From Felis catus (taxonomy: Eukaryota), in assembly GCF_018350175.1 (NCBI RefSeq), contig NC_058368.1, forward strand, positions 49,168,001 to 49,232,000: DNA of 64,000 nucleotides, given 5' to 3'. A program made the translations under genes and the position numbers. Shown here in pieces: positions 1 to 13,295 of this stretch. The number at the start of each line of letters is the position of its first letter. The first letter of the stretch is position 1. Below the pieces are notes generated by a model, which saw only the letters and a program-made list of their open reading frames with translations, was not told the DNA's origin and ran no database searches.

Positions 1-2240
1 GTGTTAAGTATCTTTTTATTCTTGGTGATTTTTCTTTATTCTTATTTATTCTTTTCTTTATTCTTTATTCTTATCTCTTTATTTTTGGTAATTGATTCTG
101 GGGAAACTTTCATTCCCATGAGAATATTAAAATGCAGTTGGCTAATGTTTATATTGGAGTGTCACATATCTCTCATAGAGTTTAATTGTCTAGAGATTTT
201 TGTAGTTGGTAGGAACAAACATCATGTTTGGTACACTGTTTTTCTCCCCAGGGTAGGGGTAGTTATAGAATAGGAAGATAAAGAATGAGGGAAGGAGCAA
301 AGTGTGAATCATTAGTGCCAAAGCACAACCTTAAAATACCTTCTTCTCATCTTTCTTAATTTCTTCATCTGTGTGTTGTTTATTTTTTATTTCCTACATA
401 TTTTTGCATACCTCCTTAAGTACTCTCGGGAACAAGGTAGGAAGAGGGCTACTTTTCTTTATTTAGAAAGGTGAAATTAATTAGAAAATTATACATTATG
501 TAAGAAACAATAGGCAGTTTGTGGTCATGAGTCTAGTAGAAGTAATTTGCTGCTAAGAAAAACTTTAGCTCACATGTCATTAATTAAGTTAGTAAAACAA
601 GAATTGTAGCTACACAGATGGTGAATTATTCTCAAGCAATCCTGGCTCTAGCTGAAATGACCTATTTTCCAAGTGTGAGCATACCTGTGTCTATTACCTT
701 ATAGGTCAGTCTTTTATCAGAAGCGGTAGTTGGCATCATTATTGAGGTAAATAAAGACACATTCTAAATATTACCAGAGAACCCTGATTTGAAGGCTTTT
801 TTAAAAAAGAATTATCTGATTCAAAATAATCCGGGGTAATTATTCCTAAAAGCATTGATGGTTTTTTTTTTATTACCATCATAGATCAAAATGAAACTCC
901 TTCCTGAAAATACATTATTTCTCTAAAATGTCCCGGATCAAGTGGAATATAGTTATTGGGCCTCACATATTAAACTCTTTATTTTTGTTCTGGATTGAAG
1001 CCAAACAACAATAATTGCTTCTATGCATTGCCTAGAAGCAGGTGACTCTGCCATCTGGATATGTGTCCCCCACTTCACTGAGCAGGGCTCTGATAAAATG
1101 CTATATTCCTGGCCTCCAGGCAAAGCATAGTATGGGGAGTAAGCAGCCCTATAGATCCTGGTAATAACTTTTCTTTCCCTTTGGGATTTACAGTCTGCTT
1201 CCATTTTGTGAAGATTTTAAAGAAAAGATCCAGGATATGGGAATTGAAATGTGGCCATTGTCCCAGATATTCAAGTTTTGTTTGCCGCTGAAATATTTCA
1301 GGATACTAGAGATTCTTTATTTTCTGGTTGTGATCCAGAGAGCTTTCATAGTTATAGTTCCATAAAAGATTGCTGGGAAGCCTGCTGAATCTACCAGTGC
1401 AGATCGTGAATGGGAAAGCTGTGTTCCATCTGGGGGTTCCTTTCTTGATCAAGTCTAAATGCAGTTCCAGCAAACCAAAGAGAGTAGGAGGTTGCCCTGA
1501 CACAAGCTATTCATCTTTCTCTTTCCATGTTTGGCTTAATGGTCCATTTCCCCAAAATTCCTTCACTTTCTCTTTTCAGATAAAAAAATATTACTATGTT
1601 GGTCTTGTTTCTCTCTGTGACACGTATGCTTTTCCTCTTATGTGTTATTTCTTAATCCAATTGGTTGGAATCACACAAAATTCACTAGGAGGGCAGTCAC
1701 TGGCTGCCTTGTAGCCATTACTTGACAAGGCTGTAATTAGTTGAGCCATTTTACACCTGCTTTCCCAGCTGGGCACTGCGTTTTGCTTTGCAGTCATCTG
1801 TCTCAGAATTGAAAGGGCACTGCTTGAGGAATGAACTCACAATATCCAGCAACAATATGAAATTGTACACATTCCACATTGTAGAGAACTTACAGCAAGG
1901 AGAACTCATTCATTTACTCATTCATTCATTCAGCTATCCATTCACTGTTTTTTTTCTTGCAAGTGTATCTTTCTTCTACCATTTAAGTCTTTCTATAGTT
2001 TCAGTAGACAACTTCTAACTGAGAAACCAAAATTGGACCTGCCCCCCGTACTGGTAGCTCCTTATTTAACACATCAGTTGACATTTGGCGAGACGCATCC
2101 ATTAGGCCTGGTTTTCATAGTAATCGTAGTTACAAATTAACCTTTAACCCATGGAAATGTGCCTTTCAAGAAATTCAGAGGATATATTTGATAATGCCCA
2201 TTTGCTTAAATTAGTTCCCATTCTAAATTAAACCCTTTTT

Positions 2241-2474
2241 AAATTAAAAAAAATTTTTTAATTTTATTTTTTTATTTCTTTTGAGAGAAAGAGAGAGAGT
2301 ATGTGTATGCATGCACAAGCAGGGGAGAGGCAGAGAGGGAGAGAGAGAATCTTGAGCAGGCTTTATACTCAGTGAGGAACCAGACACGGGGCTTGATCTC
2401 ATGACCCTGAGATCATGACCTGAGCCGAAATCAAGAGTCAGAGTCTTAACCAACTAAGCCACCCAAGGCACCCC
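2241..2474 (-). mobile_element. CAN-SINE, older feliform subfamily (SINEC_Fc3-like)
   Basis: Reverse complement shows GGGGTGCC head, tRNA-related body, (CT)n and A-rich tail; TSD TAAACCCTTTTT at 2229-2240 and 2476-2487. Confidence 0.93.
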
Positions 2475-3249
2475 ATAAACCCTTTTTTAATGGAGACTAT
2501 GTCAACACTTTTCATTTTATGCCTGATGTTTCTATTATTGCTCACACACTCCTGGCCATGAAGGAGTGCGGTGCAGGAAAATTAAACAGATCCTCTCCTA
2601 AAGACTTGTCAGTACAGACTGCTTCACGTTCTTTCCATTCTGAAATCCACTTTAAGGAAACCATTCTATTTCTTTTTGTAATCGTGGTGGGTACTATAAA
2701 TTTAGTTACTGAGATTATTTTATGGTATATTGATATTTTCCTAGGTGAGTGATCGAGGAGAATCACAGAAATGCAACTAAGCTCCAGCAAGTATTCTACA
2801 AAGTCACTGGTGCTGCAATTGTCAACACAAGTGGGTCATCCCTTGAACCAATAATGGGTGAATACTTTAGATGACCATTATGTAGCAACTGGTTACTCAT
2901 CTTCAATCATTCTTTTACCAAAAGCACCATTAATGGACATCTGTTGAGTGTTAATCCAAGAGTCTTAATGGCCAACCTAGCAATGTCAAAAACCTCTTCT
3001 CAGTTTGTTTCTATTCAAAAAATAAAAATATACATTTGACTTAGCTTGTTGTTTTAGAAAATTAAGATACAAAAATCTTGCCCACAATTTTTGCTATTTT
3101 TGCCCCTTTGGAATCTATCTGAAACATAGTTCAACCTCTCCTTCTCTCCACCCCCAACTTTCTCTTTCTATTTCATTAGGACTGAGAAAAAATTTCATCA
3201 CTTTTACAATGCTACCAATTATTTCCTAATAAGCACTAAGCTCTCCTTT

Positions 3250-3960
3250 CTTCCTTAAAAAACTGCCTTTCACTTCATGCTCCCCTCTACTTGCAGCTGT
3301 CAGTCTAGTTTAGACCCTGGGCACATCAAGCCTGACTTTCTGTAGAATTCTCACCCAGCTTGTCTCCCTCCATACAAATTATTGCATTCCTGTTGCCAGA
3401 CCCATTTCATCTTTTTACTCCCCTGCCAAATACCCTAGAGTAGTACTCCCTTATCCACTAGCTCCTTACCCAGGTAATCAAAGACCTCTACTGTCTGTCT
3501 CAAAAGGGCATTTTCTTTCTTATTTCTATTGGACTCTTCTGAATATTTTCTTTCACAATAATAGCTTCACAGATTCTTTCAAGTACATTTTGATCATTCT
3601 CTTCCCTACTCTTGGAATGCCTCTTTCTTCCTCTCTGCTAATTCTGTTCAATGCCTGTCAACATCCCACCCCCCTATGATTAATTCCTCCCTACTTTATG
3701 TTGCCTATATCCTGCCTTAGTAATCTCATGTGTCTGAATAGTAACATTTAACCTGTAAAATCTTAGATATATACTTAATCCTATGTTACCTTATCTTTGT
3801 GTCTTGTTTAACTTTATTTGCCTTCATCCATGTGTAGCTTACCCTACCAACTAGATTGAAAATCTCTAAAAGCAGGAGTGTCATCTTAAATTTTGTATTC
3901 CTACAGCACCTGGTAAGTGTCAAGCTTATAAGAGAGGCTCAGTAAATGTATGTTGAATGT
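3250..3960 (+). mobile_element. L2 LINE 3' remnant
   Basis: Ends in the typical L2 terminus (...CTAGATTG...GCAGG...CAGCACCTGG...CTCAGTAAATGTATGTTGAATG). Highly diverged; left boundary approximate. Confidence 0.6.
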
Positions 3961-4964
3961 ACTGTTTGCCTTGAATTTGGGAATCAAATGGTTATTGCGA
4001 TTCCAGATAAAAAACTTTTCTTAGACTATTAAATAATCATAAAGAGTTTCCTTGCTGTGAAGCACATAGCTACATGAAAAGAAGTACATTCATTCATCGT
4101 AAGAGGTTTTGTTAAGAAATGTCTCACATATTCTCTCCAGAAAATGTTTCACAGCAATGTCTTATTAAAATGAATATTCTTCTAACACTTTTACAGTCAT
4201 ACGAAATTCCACATAGATTGGATCTTTCTTACCAGATTCAGGTTGCCATAGTCATGCATCTTTGAATGTACCTATGATCACATTTCCTATGGCTACCTTT
4301 AATGCTATACTGTGTAAGCAGCCTACTTTGGGTGTACTTTTGGAAGCAACTAGTTTTGATATATTTTTATTTTATTTTATCCAATTGCTTTTTTATCACA
4401 CAGATGCTACACAAGTACAGATGAATGAATGCCTGATTATTTGTGTTATTTGTTGATATAAAAATAGCATCTAAACAAAAACTAAAAAGCCTGATCCATT
4501 TTATCTATAATCATATTTCCTCTGAGTTCTAGAAGGTGTTACGACCTGTGATAGTTTTTGTTTTTAGCTATTAGTTTGGATGGAAAGATCCATGTGACTC
4601 CAACAGTGTTTTCTACGCTGCCCTGTAGATCATCCTTGTTTAATACTGGCAGTTTCAGTTTATCAAGGTTGCTGCTATCTGTGATAAGTCCACTTTCCAG
4701 TCTTCATAAGGCCTTTACTCAGAACAAAACAAAAATCAGATTCTCTCTGCTATTTTTGCTATTCACAGATAATACTTTCTCACATTTTGTATTGCTGGTT
4801 CTTCCGAATTAGAGTTTAAGTACCTTGAGAGTTGGATTGGATCTTATTTTGTCTCAGGCACTAGAGCTGAAAGTAAGTATTGGATACAAATTTGACTTAC
4901 TAACTAATTATAGTAGTTGACATTTATTATATCCATACTAAATATTTGAGGTGCAACTCTAACC

Positions 4965-5110
4965 CAATTAATCTTCAGAAAACTCAGTAAGTGATACTCT
5001 TTATTTGAGCCATTTGATGAGGAAATTGAAGCACAGAGAGGTTAGGAGATTTACAAAGTCATATAGCTAGCTAGTATGGTCTGGATGCCAGCTTGGTCTA
5101 CCAGATTCTA
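4965..5110 (-). mobile_element. MIR SINE
   Basis: MIR core in reverse: GATGAGGAAATTGAAGCACAGAGAGGTTAGG...AAAGTCATATAGCTAG. Confidence 0.75.
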
Positions 5111-5459
5111 TAGTTTACGTTGTACAGAAGCTGTGCAGCATCTTCTGAAATTGTTCTTGATGCATTTTTCCCACTGCTCTGCTCATCCTTCTGTTTCAAC
5201 TAGAGTATTCTACCATCTTCTATGCTTTGCAAATGTTAATTGAGCAAAATGTCTAACCTAAGAGTGGAATTAGATTAAATATGGCTTTCTAAATATATTG
5301 TGGCATTCTATTCTAGGGATTTGGTTTCACTATTTCATATGTGATTGATGGGTGATGAGAAAGCTAGTCAGACTTCACATATCCAATAACCTTGGACTGG
5401 TCTAATGCTTGACTTTCCAATTTATTTGTTAGGAATTGGAAAACCGAATTCCATAGAGC

Positions 5460-5927
5460 CACCATGTTTTAGGGGAAATGAAAGTCCTAAGCCATTTATA
5501 GTGGATTGTGTGCTTTTATATAAAGTTGAGGCTTACATGCTAAAATTCTATTTCCCAAAATCTCTTGCAACTAGTATTCTTGATGTACTTGAGATTCCAT
5601 GAATCAGATGTATTTCTGCGAGTCTTGATGAACTGAGTTAGAGCTGAAAACAAGCAAAGGCAGAGATACCACTTTTGTTTGGATTACGGCCATAGTTATC
5701 ACCAATTTCCCAATCTCACTGGCAACTTTTTGATTCTACAGCTTACTAATCAAGGCAAAATTTCCATGGCAGCCCAGTTTGCCCATGTCCTTCCTAGCTC
5801 AGTCTAAATTCTGTGTCTTTAGCCCTTCTAACAATTCTTTGGCTGTTTAATACACTATTACAAATCCCCTCTGCTTAAGCCTGGTAGAGTGAATTCTGTT
5901 CTCTGCAAGTAAATCTGACTGATGCAA
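5460..5927 (+). mobile_element. ERVL-class solo LTR (LTR33-like)
   Basis: CTAAAATTCTATTTCCCAAAATCTCTTGCAACTAG...AATCAGATG body and ...CTGCTTAAGCCTGGTAGAGTGAATTCTGTTCTCTGCAAG...CTGACTGATGCA end resemble the LTR33 consensus as recalled. Confidence 0.55.
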
Positions 5928-7098
5928 CTGTATCTGAAAGATACACTCTCACTGTTTCAGTTATTAAACATTAAGCCAGATTTTATAGTTGTATTTTAGG
6001 ATAGAGAAGTAACAAATCTTCGCTTAGAATAAAATACTCTGGGCATTGGTTATTTATTCTTGTTGGTAATGCTTTCATTATTCTCATAAAAAAAGAAACA
6101 GTCTAAAACATTGTGGATAATTTAACACTCAGGTTTAATATTTTACTCAATATATATTTATTGGGTGCCTACTCTGTGCCAGTGCCAGTTCCTTGGCGAG
6201 AAAGATACTGCAGTGAGCAAAACAAAGTCTCTAGTCATATGTAATTTACAATCTTCCCCATCAATTTACAGATTGAATGAACTTCCCACATATGGTTAGG
6301 TTACAAAATAAGTTAAAAGTATTTCAAAAGTTTAAGGGATATTAATAATAGCCCAGAATAGAGAAGATCGTTTGGCACTGACATCACTAATTTAAAGGTT
6401 GGCTTGCTTACTAATCTGTAAAATGGGGATTTACATTTTTTTTCTCATGATGAGAATAGCAAAAACTATCTCGTTGGGGAGATAGTTATCAATCACTTAT
6501 AAAAGGAATAAGTACATTTGGAAAAAAATCAATTTGGCAATAGTGATGGGAATCATAGTCATTTTTAACTCTTAGTACTAGCAATGACACAGAAAACATG
6601 ATAAAAATCAGTAAAGGCTTTCTTCAACAATTTATATTAAAATGAAGCTCAGGCTATTATACAACATACATACTGCTTAAATCATCACAAGTTCAGGAAA
6701 GCCCTCTAAAAATGGTCTATTAATTTTATCTACAATATTCAAGAAAAGATTAAGGGAACTTTTCAAAATTGTGTTAATTAATTCCAGTTTCAAAAGCAGT
6801 GACTGCAAAATGGACTATGCATGCCATTAAGGTGTTATATCAGGAAAAACGTTGTGTAGATATTTTCAACTGTGAAATGATTGGATTACTCATTACGCAT
6901 TGGGATATTTTTCTATAGAAATTGTCAAGCTTGATATGATTTGTTTCAATAGGTCAGTATATATATACACATATGTAACCAAAATTACAATATTAGATTT
7001 TATGTTCATTTTTGTAAAGCAAAAATAGGAAAGTATGATTCTAGATCTTCATTGCAGATGAATCTTAACAAGGTTAACCTCAAAAAAAAGGTCTTTCT

Positions 7099-7439
7099 GA
7101 ATGAAATATGGCCCTTTGTAGTAACGTGGATGGAACTGGAGAGTGTTATGCTAAGTGAAATAAGCCATACAGAGAAAGACAGATACCATATGGTTTCACT
7201 CTTATGTGGCTCCTGAGAAACTTAACAGAAACCGATGAGGGAGGGGAAGGAAAAAAAAAAGAGGTTAGAGTGGGAGAGAGACAAAGCATAAGAGACTCTT
7301 AAAAACTGAGAACAAACTGAGGGTTGATGGGGGGTGAGAGGGAGGGGAGGGCGGGTGATGGGTATTGAGAAGGGCACCTTTTGGGATGAGCACTGGGTGT
7401 TGTATGGAAACCAATTTGACAATAAATTTCATATATTGA
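7099..7439 (+). mobile_element. 5'-truncated young feline L1 (ORF2 C-terminus plus 3'UTR)
   Basis: Closely matches the 3' end of the full-length L1 (about 61483-61828); AATAAA near end; TSD AAAAAAAAGGTCTTTCT at 7082-7098 and 7440-7456. Confidence 0.95.
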
Positions 7440-9349
7440 AAAAAAAAGGTCTTTCTAGTAAAGGGGAAGATACCTCCTGTAGTTGTCCGTGAAGTTGTAT
7501 ATATGTACCTGTAGTTTTTCTAGGTTTGTGTGAAAGTAGTAAGAAACTAAAAGGATAGTCAAAATTCATGGCTCAGCAGGAGGAAGGGACAAGATGTTGA
7601 CAGTGTAAAGGACAGGTGATAATGGCAATTCAGATCAACAGAGAGCTGAAATTTCAAAATAAAAGCACTTTTTCTTAGAACCTTTATTACAAATAAGATA
7701 CAACACGATGGTCGAGAAATGAATGATGAAGGCATCTAGCATATAGAATGGTTCTGAGTTTTGGAATGAATGGTATAGATTTCCTGTGGTCAGTTCATGC
7801 CATCAGTCCCCCATTTTCTCTCAATTAATGGTGAGTTTTATGAAGATGTGTACATACCCAATAGGGATGTAATGAGATGCTTAGCCTTGACATATAACCT
7901 GTATTTGTAATGAGTTTTGAATGGCTAAGAATTTTGTCAGAACATTGAACCTAGTTTCTTTGGAGACCAGGTAAGTATAAAATACCAGAAGCTCAAAATG
8001 AAGACAAGAGTTGAACTGTGTGTTTTTAATCTTTAATCAATTTTTTTGTGTGTTAATTCAGGAAGATTGTTGAAGAGACTAAATGATCTACACTCAAAGA
8101 AAAAGTATAGTAGTGGGAGCTGGTAGATATTTTACATAAATTAGCAATTATAACTATTAATTATAAGAAGCATAAATATAATTTTCTCTGCCATCTGAGT
8201 TACTGTCTAAAGACATATGGGAAAAGGTGAGGCATCCTATGTAGTTTTCAACTTTGTATGCCAGATTCCATCAGAGTTCTCACCTTATTGAGTCTTATTT
8301 CTTAGTAAGCTAGTTTCTTCAAACTGAGGGCCTATGCTGATCTTTTCTTCCCTTTTGACCTCTTTCACACCAAAACTGGAGCTCAGCTCAAGTTAGAGTC
8401 CTACTACCAGCTATTGATGCATCCTTCCTGAATTTTCACAGCATGTCTACTTCCAAACTCTCCAGCTCCTGCCTCAGCATCCATACACTTACTCACTATT
8501 GTCCTCTCAGATGACATCCGTTCATTATCTGAAACTAGGATACCATTCGTGTCCCTCATCCCAGTGATGTGTGTAGGCTCCAAGCCACAGTTAATCCCAA
8601 GTCCTGAGCAGCCATTCCAACATAGGATGATCTGAATCCCAATGCAATGGGGAGAAATTTAAATAAACAAGAAAGCAAAGGAAAACACCAGGAATAGCAG
8701 AAAAGATGCTTGATGTTTCTCTGTATTGCAGAGAATGCCTAATAAGAACCTATTTAAAATGTCCATATAAGCCATAGAGAAGTCTTCTAATCATATTATG
8801 AATTCTATCCCACAAGTGAAATTAAAATTAACCATTTTTCTTTACAACACTTGTTTTCTTTAGGCCCTGTTATCTTTCTTCCTTCCCTGAGAGTCATATT
8901 ATAACAAATTGTTATTTTCTATCATTTGGGATTTTTAGTTTTTTTTTTTTTTAAAGAACTCCATTTGGTTTCTTTCTCAGAGGCATATTTCTTATATTCA
9001 CCTCATTTGGACTGCACTCTAATTTCTGTCCTGTCAGGAAAGGAGTGTTAAGCAGGTATTTTCACCAGTCACCTCTAATCCAAAGGAAATCTTTACAAAC
9101 CAAGACAACATAAAGAAACTTTCCATCTCTCTGGTGACCCTAATCCCCTTTATAAAAACAAGTTTGCTTTACAGCTCAATACCCATGTGACAATAAAAAG
9201 ATGTGATACTAAATGTAGTGTTCTTACTTATACTATTTAGAGAGTGAGTTTGAATAGTTTAATTTACGTGGGAGCCTATTTTCCCATTTATATATATATC
9301 ATATCACATAGCTCACTAGCAAATATATGCATGCACATGTGAATTTCAG

Positions 9350-9617
9350 CCTTTTGCCTTGTATTCCTACCAGCAACATGGGTCACTGGCAGCTCCACTG
9401 GAGCCACCCCCAAAACTTTGGCTAGGGTTCTTCCTCTTGTCACATGTGCTCAAACTGGCAAGGTAGGATCTGGAAGTATGTCCTCAACATGTGCTGTGTT
9501 TCCATCAGTAAGAAAAGGGCACAGCCTTCATCAAGTTGGACTACGTGATCCTCCATGAATGGATCATCAAAGACATCTATCATACAAAAGAAACATTGCT
9601 AGCTCTTTGTACATAAA
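9350..9617 (+). pseudogene. RPS29: Processed pseudogene of 40S ribosomal protein S29 (uS14)
   Basis: From ATG 9378 it reads [38 protein letters not shown], then after a 4-bp deletion CFHQ*EKGTAFIKLD, versus RPS29 [56 protein letters not shown]. Intronless; stops at 9423-9425 and 9509-9511; pyrimidine (TOP-like) 5' end CCTTTTGCCTT and RPS29-like 3'UTR. Confidence 0.95.
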
Positions 9618-10454
9618 CACACACACACACACTTCAATTATGAGCATTTCAATGTGAATGGAATCACTAATTAGTGTGGAAATCTCCTTTTTAAAGCTCA
9701 TCTTCAAAATATACGGCTTAATTTCTCTCAGTTATATAAAAGTACCCATGTTAAAAAAATTAGGTTCAAATCACTTTGATTTCTTATATGCTATACTATA
9801 TAAATTCAGTGCACTACCATGTAACAAAGACTTATGGGCTGCCAAAGATGACCACATTATTCCTATTCTCCTGTCTTCTGCTTACTAGTTTTCCAATTAT
9901 TTTCAATGATTTTTTTATTGTTCTGATCATAAAATTAATGCATACTCCTTACAGGAAAAGTTCAAAGAGAATAAAGAAGAAAAATGTCTATAAGCCTAGT
10001 ACCAAGCAGTAACCAATGTTAACAAAGACTCTAACTGGTTTTTTAAGCTGCAAAATTCTATTTGAAGGTTGTAAAATGATAGCTTGTGCTTTGACTTTCA
10101 TGTATCCCAAGGCATATTGACTTTTCCCTGAACCTTACCTTTGAATGTTAATTGTTCCTAATGAGAATACCAAATATTTGTAAAATAAACTATTTAGTGG
10201 TAAGTGTTAATTTACTTTCAACCTGCTATGCCAGTGAATAATGACAGACTGTAGTCACGACGTATAATTCAGCATAATAAATGTAAATAAAAGCTGTAAG
10301 AGTTCTCAAAAGTTACAAAACTAAGAAATAACTTACATTCAACTTTTTTTGCACTGTAATTTTACCTACTATTCAATTTATTGTCTTCTTACTTTTACCC
10401 CTTTTGTATTTTTTAAACACTTATTATTAATTTAGAGTCTTGGCCTCACTCTCT

Positions 10455-10565
10455 CCCTTTACAGAGGAGGAAATTAAGGTTTAGTGAAATCAAGTAACAT
10501 ATAAATGATTGGCAGGACAATGACAGAAACAGAACTCAATTTCTATTCACTCATTTTTTACCACA
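10455..10565 (-). mobile_element. MIR fragment
   Basis: TTTACAGAGGAGGAAATTAAGGTTTAGTGAAATCAAGTAAC, degenerate MIR core. Confidence 0.55.
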
Positions 10566-11619
10566 TCACAATCTTTTGGTCATATCATGCAGAAAAAAAT
10601 GAATGCATTTTAATTCACTTGAAACGAAATTTGTTTAATGCTCTTTTCCTCCAGCAAACTTGCAGGGAAGCTTCCTAATTATATTTTGGGTAGGCTAAAA
10701 CTTGAATAAGTTTGCATTCTTAAAGTACACACAAATTAGGTGGATGGATGGATGTGAATGGGGGTGAAAAATGAGAAAAGTATCATCTGGAAGCCTGTGG
10801 AAGTTTCGGGGAGAGGCCCTCAAACAAGATTAAAGCTTCACCATGGGTAAGTCATAGGCAAATATGTATTTAAGTACCAAACATTTTTGCCTGGTTTTTG
10901 TTAATACTGCTGCCTCCACCATTCCCCTCCTCCATATACCCTTACCCCTTACTTACCTGCACTTTGTCTCAGACTTTAATGATATTTTAGGTCTACATCA
11001 GGATGGCCATACAGATTGCTACTAATTTATGTTGGTTGATTTATAGTTCTCTGAGCCACCAAGCACCATTCCTTCCTGCCCAGGCCCTCTACAATGCTGC
11101 ACCAGCAACCAAAGGGTTAATGCTAGATGGCCTGAGAACTCCAAGACTGTGTTCGAATCCATTCTGATTATCTGATGCCATTCCACACTGCTGTTAGTAC
11201 TTTTAATGTCACTCTGTTGTCATCAGTATCTGTTGATCTTTGACCATTTCCACTTGGACTTCTGAGGAGACAGGGTGGGGCGGGGGGAGAAAGGCTGGAT
11301 GGAAGGAAAAGTCAGAAAGGAAAGAAAAATGGAGAGATGGAATGGTGTCTGCCAGGCAGGGAAAGAGGTGGGACAGAAGCTAATGATGTTCTTCTGAAAA
11401 GATTTTGTTGCTTGTGGGCAAAAGCAGAGCTGCTGTTACGGCCTTGGGTACAGGATACAGCACAGAGCAGGAGATGAGGACCTTCTCCCAGTCGATGCAA
11501 TGAACCCCTCACCACCTGGGCCACTGGTGGATTAGAAGTTAAGGGGGTCATTCATGCACCTAAGTAATAATAGCAGCTCTCCCCTTCCTCTTGCTTCTCT
11601 TTCTTGCTCTTTCTTTCTC

Positions 11620-11892
11620 AATGTGTAAGTGATATATATTGCCAAATGATTACCACCATAGCATTAGCTAACACCTCCATCACGTCACATCATTATCATT
11701 TCTTTCTTGTGGTGGGAACATTTAAGATTTGTTTTCTCCACAAATTTCATGTATATAATACAGTATTAACTATAATTACCATGCTGCTGTAACTTAGATC
11801 CCCGGAACTTATTCATTGTATAACTGAAAGTTTGTATTCTTTAACCCACCTCTCTCATTCCTCCTTCCCGTACCCAAGCCCCTGGTAACCAA
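11620..11892 (-). mobile_element. L1 3'UTR fragment (L1MA9/old carnivore L1-like)
   Basis: ATGATTACCACCATAGCATTAGCTAACACCTCCATCACGTCACA...TTAGATCCCCGGAACTTATTCAT...CCCCTGGTAACCA is the reverse of a typical L1MA 3' end. Confidence 0.8.
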
Positions 11893-11899
11893 ACTGAAA

Positions 11900-12370
11900 T
11901 CTCTCTTCTTGAACCTTCCACCAGTTGGTTCTATTTTTAATTTCTTAGGGTTTTACAGAGAAATCTAATTCTTTCATGGGGTAATTCTTTAGATAGTTAG
12001 AGTACAGTCTCATGTCCACCAACTCCTCTGTTGTGGGTAAACCCTGTCAATTTCATCATTATTTCATGGATGACATGGTTTCTAATGTTTTCCTCATCTT
12101 ATATCTTGGCTTTGAATTTCCTTTAAATTCCTCTTAAAATGTAGTACCCAGAATTTGGTACCATGCCACTTTTAAAATGGCTAGTTCAAAATAGAAACCA
12201 CCAACTTCTATATTCTAGACATTTAAAGAAGGCTAAAATTATATGGGTTTTATTTTTTTTAATGTTTTTAGTAACATAATACCATTTCATCATATAGTGC
12301 AAAATGTAACTAGAAACCACGATGTTTTTCAGACACTGATAAGTCATGGCTTACTTTCTCCCTATATACT
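11900..12370 (-). mobile_element. L3/CR1 LINE remnant
   Basis: Colinear similarity to recalled L3 consensus (CTTCCACCAGTTGGTTCTA...ATGACATGGTTTC...CCTCTTAAAATGTAGTACCCAGAA). Confidence 0.55.
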
Positions 12371-12376
12371 TTTCTT

Positions 12377-13295
12377 TAACTTTTTATTTTGAGATAATTG
12401 TGGGTTCATATGCAGTTGTAAAAATAATACAGCGAGATTGCATGCATTCTTAGTTTTCTCCAATGGTAACTAATTTATAATATCACAACCAGGATATTGA
12501 CATTAATACAGTGAAAACATAGGACAGTTTTTATCACAAGGATCCCTTATGTTGTCCTTTTGTAAGTCATATCTACTTCCTTAATGCCCCTGATCCCTCC
12601 TTAAACCCTGGCAACCACTAAATCGTCCTCCATTTTGGCAGTTCAAGAATGTTATATAAATAGAAACACATAGCATGCGATATTTTGGGATTCGATTATT
12701 ATACTCAGTATAATTTCCTGCATATTCATCTAGATTGTTGCACAAGTCAATAGATCGTTCCTCTTTACTGCTGAGTAGTACTCCATGGGGTAGATGTATC
12801 ACAGTTTATTTAACTATTCACCCATTGTAGGACATCTGTGTGTTCTCCAGTTTGGCACTATTGTGAGTAAAGCTGCCATAAACATTAGTGCACAGGTTTT
12901 TTGTGAAAACATAAGTTTTCATTTCTCTGGGATAAATGCCCATGACTGCAATTGCTGATCTGTATGAGAGCTGCAGGTCTAGTTTTGTTTTGTTCTGTTT
13001 AGAATGGCAGTACAATTTTACATTCCCACCCCCCTGCCCCCCACCATCCATGAGTGGTCCAGTTTCTCTGCATCCTCACTAGCATTTGGCAGTGTCACTA
13101 TTTATTATTTTAGCCATTCAGATTGTATGTAGGGATATTCTATTGTGGCTTTAATGTCTCCTAATGGCTAATGGCTAATGATGTTGAGCATCTTTTCATG
13201 TGCTTAGTTGCTATCCATACATCCTCTTTGGTGAAATGTCTTTTCATATCTTTTAACCATTTTCCTAATTGGATTGTTTGTTTTTGCCATGGACT
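12377..13295 (-). mobile_element. Old L1 3' end (L1MC/L1MD-like)
   Basis: ACTTTTTATTTTGAGATAATTGT...CATATGCAGTTGTAAAAAATAATACAG terminus; minus-strand ORF remnant 'LSYRSAIAVMGIYPREMKTY' is L1 ORF2 C-terminal-like. Confidence 0.85.

Noticed and set aside
1..2800. Short ORFs (1..273, 953..1204, 1370..1714, 2519..2752) as host exons
   Set aside because: No recognisable protein, many use non-ATG starts, low-complexity composition, no consistent splice structure.
9374..9462. Apparent AG...GT-bounded exon
   Set aside because: Fully explained as part of the RPS29 processed pseudogene.
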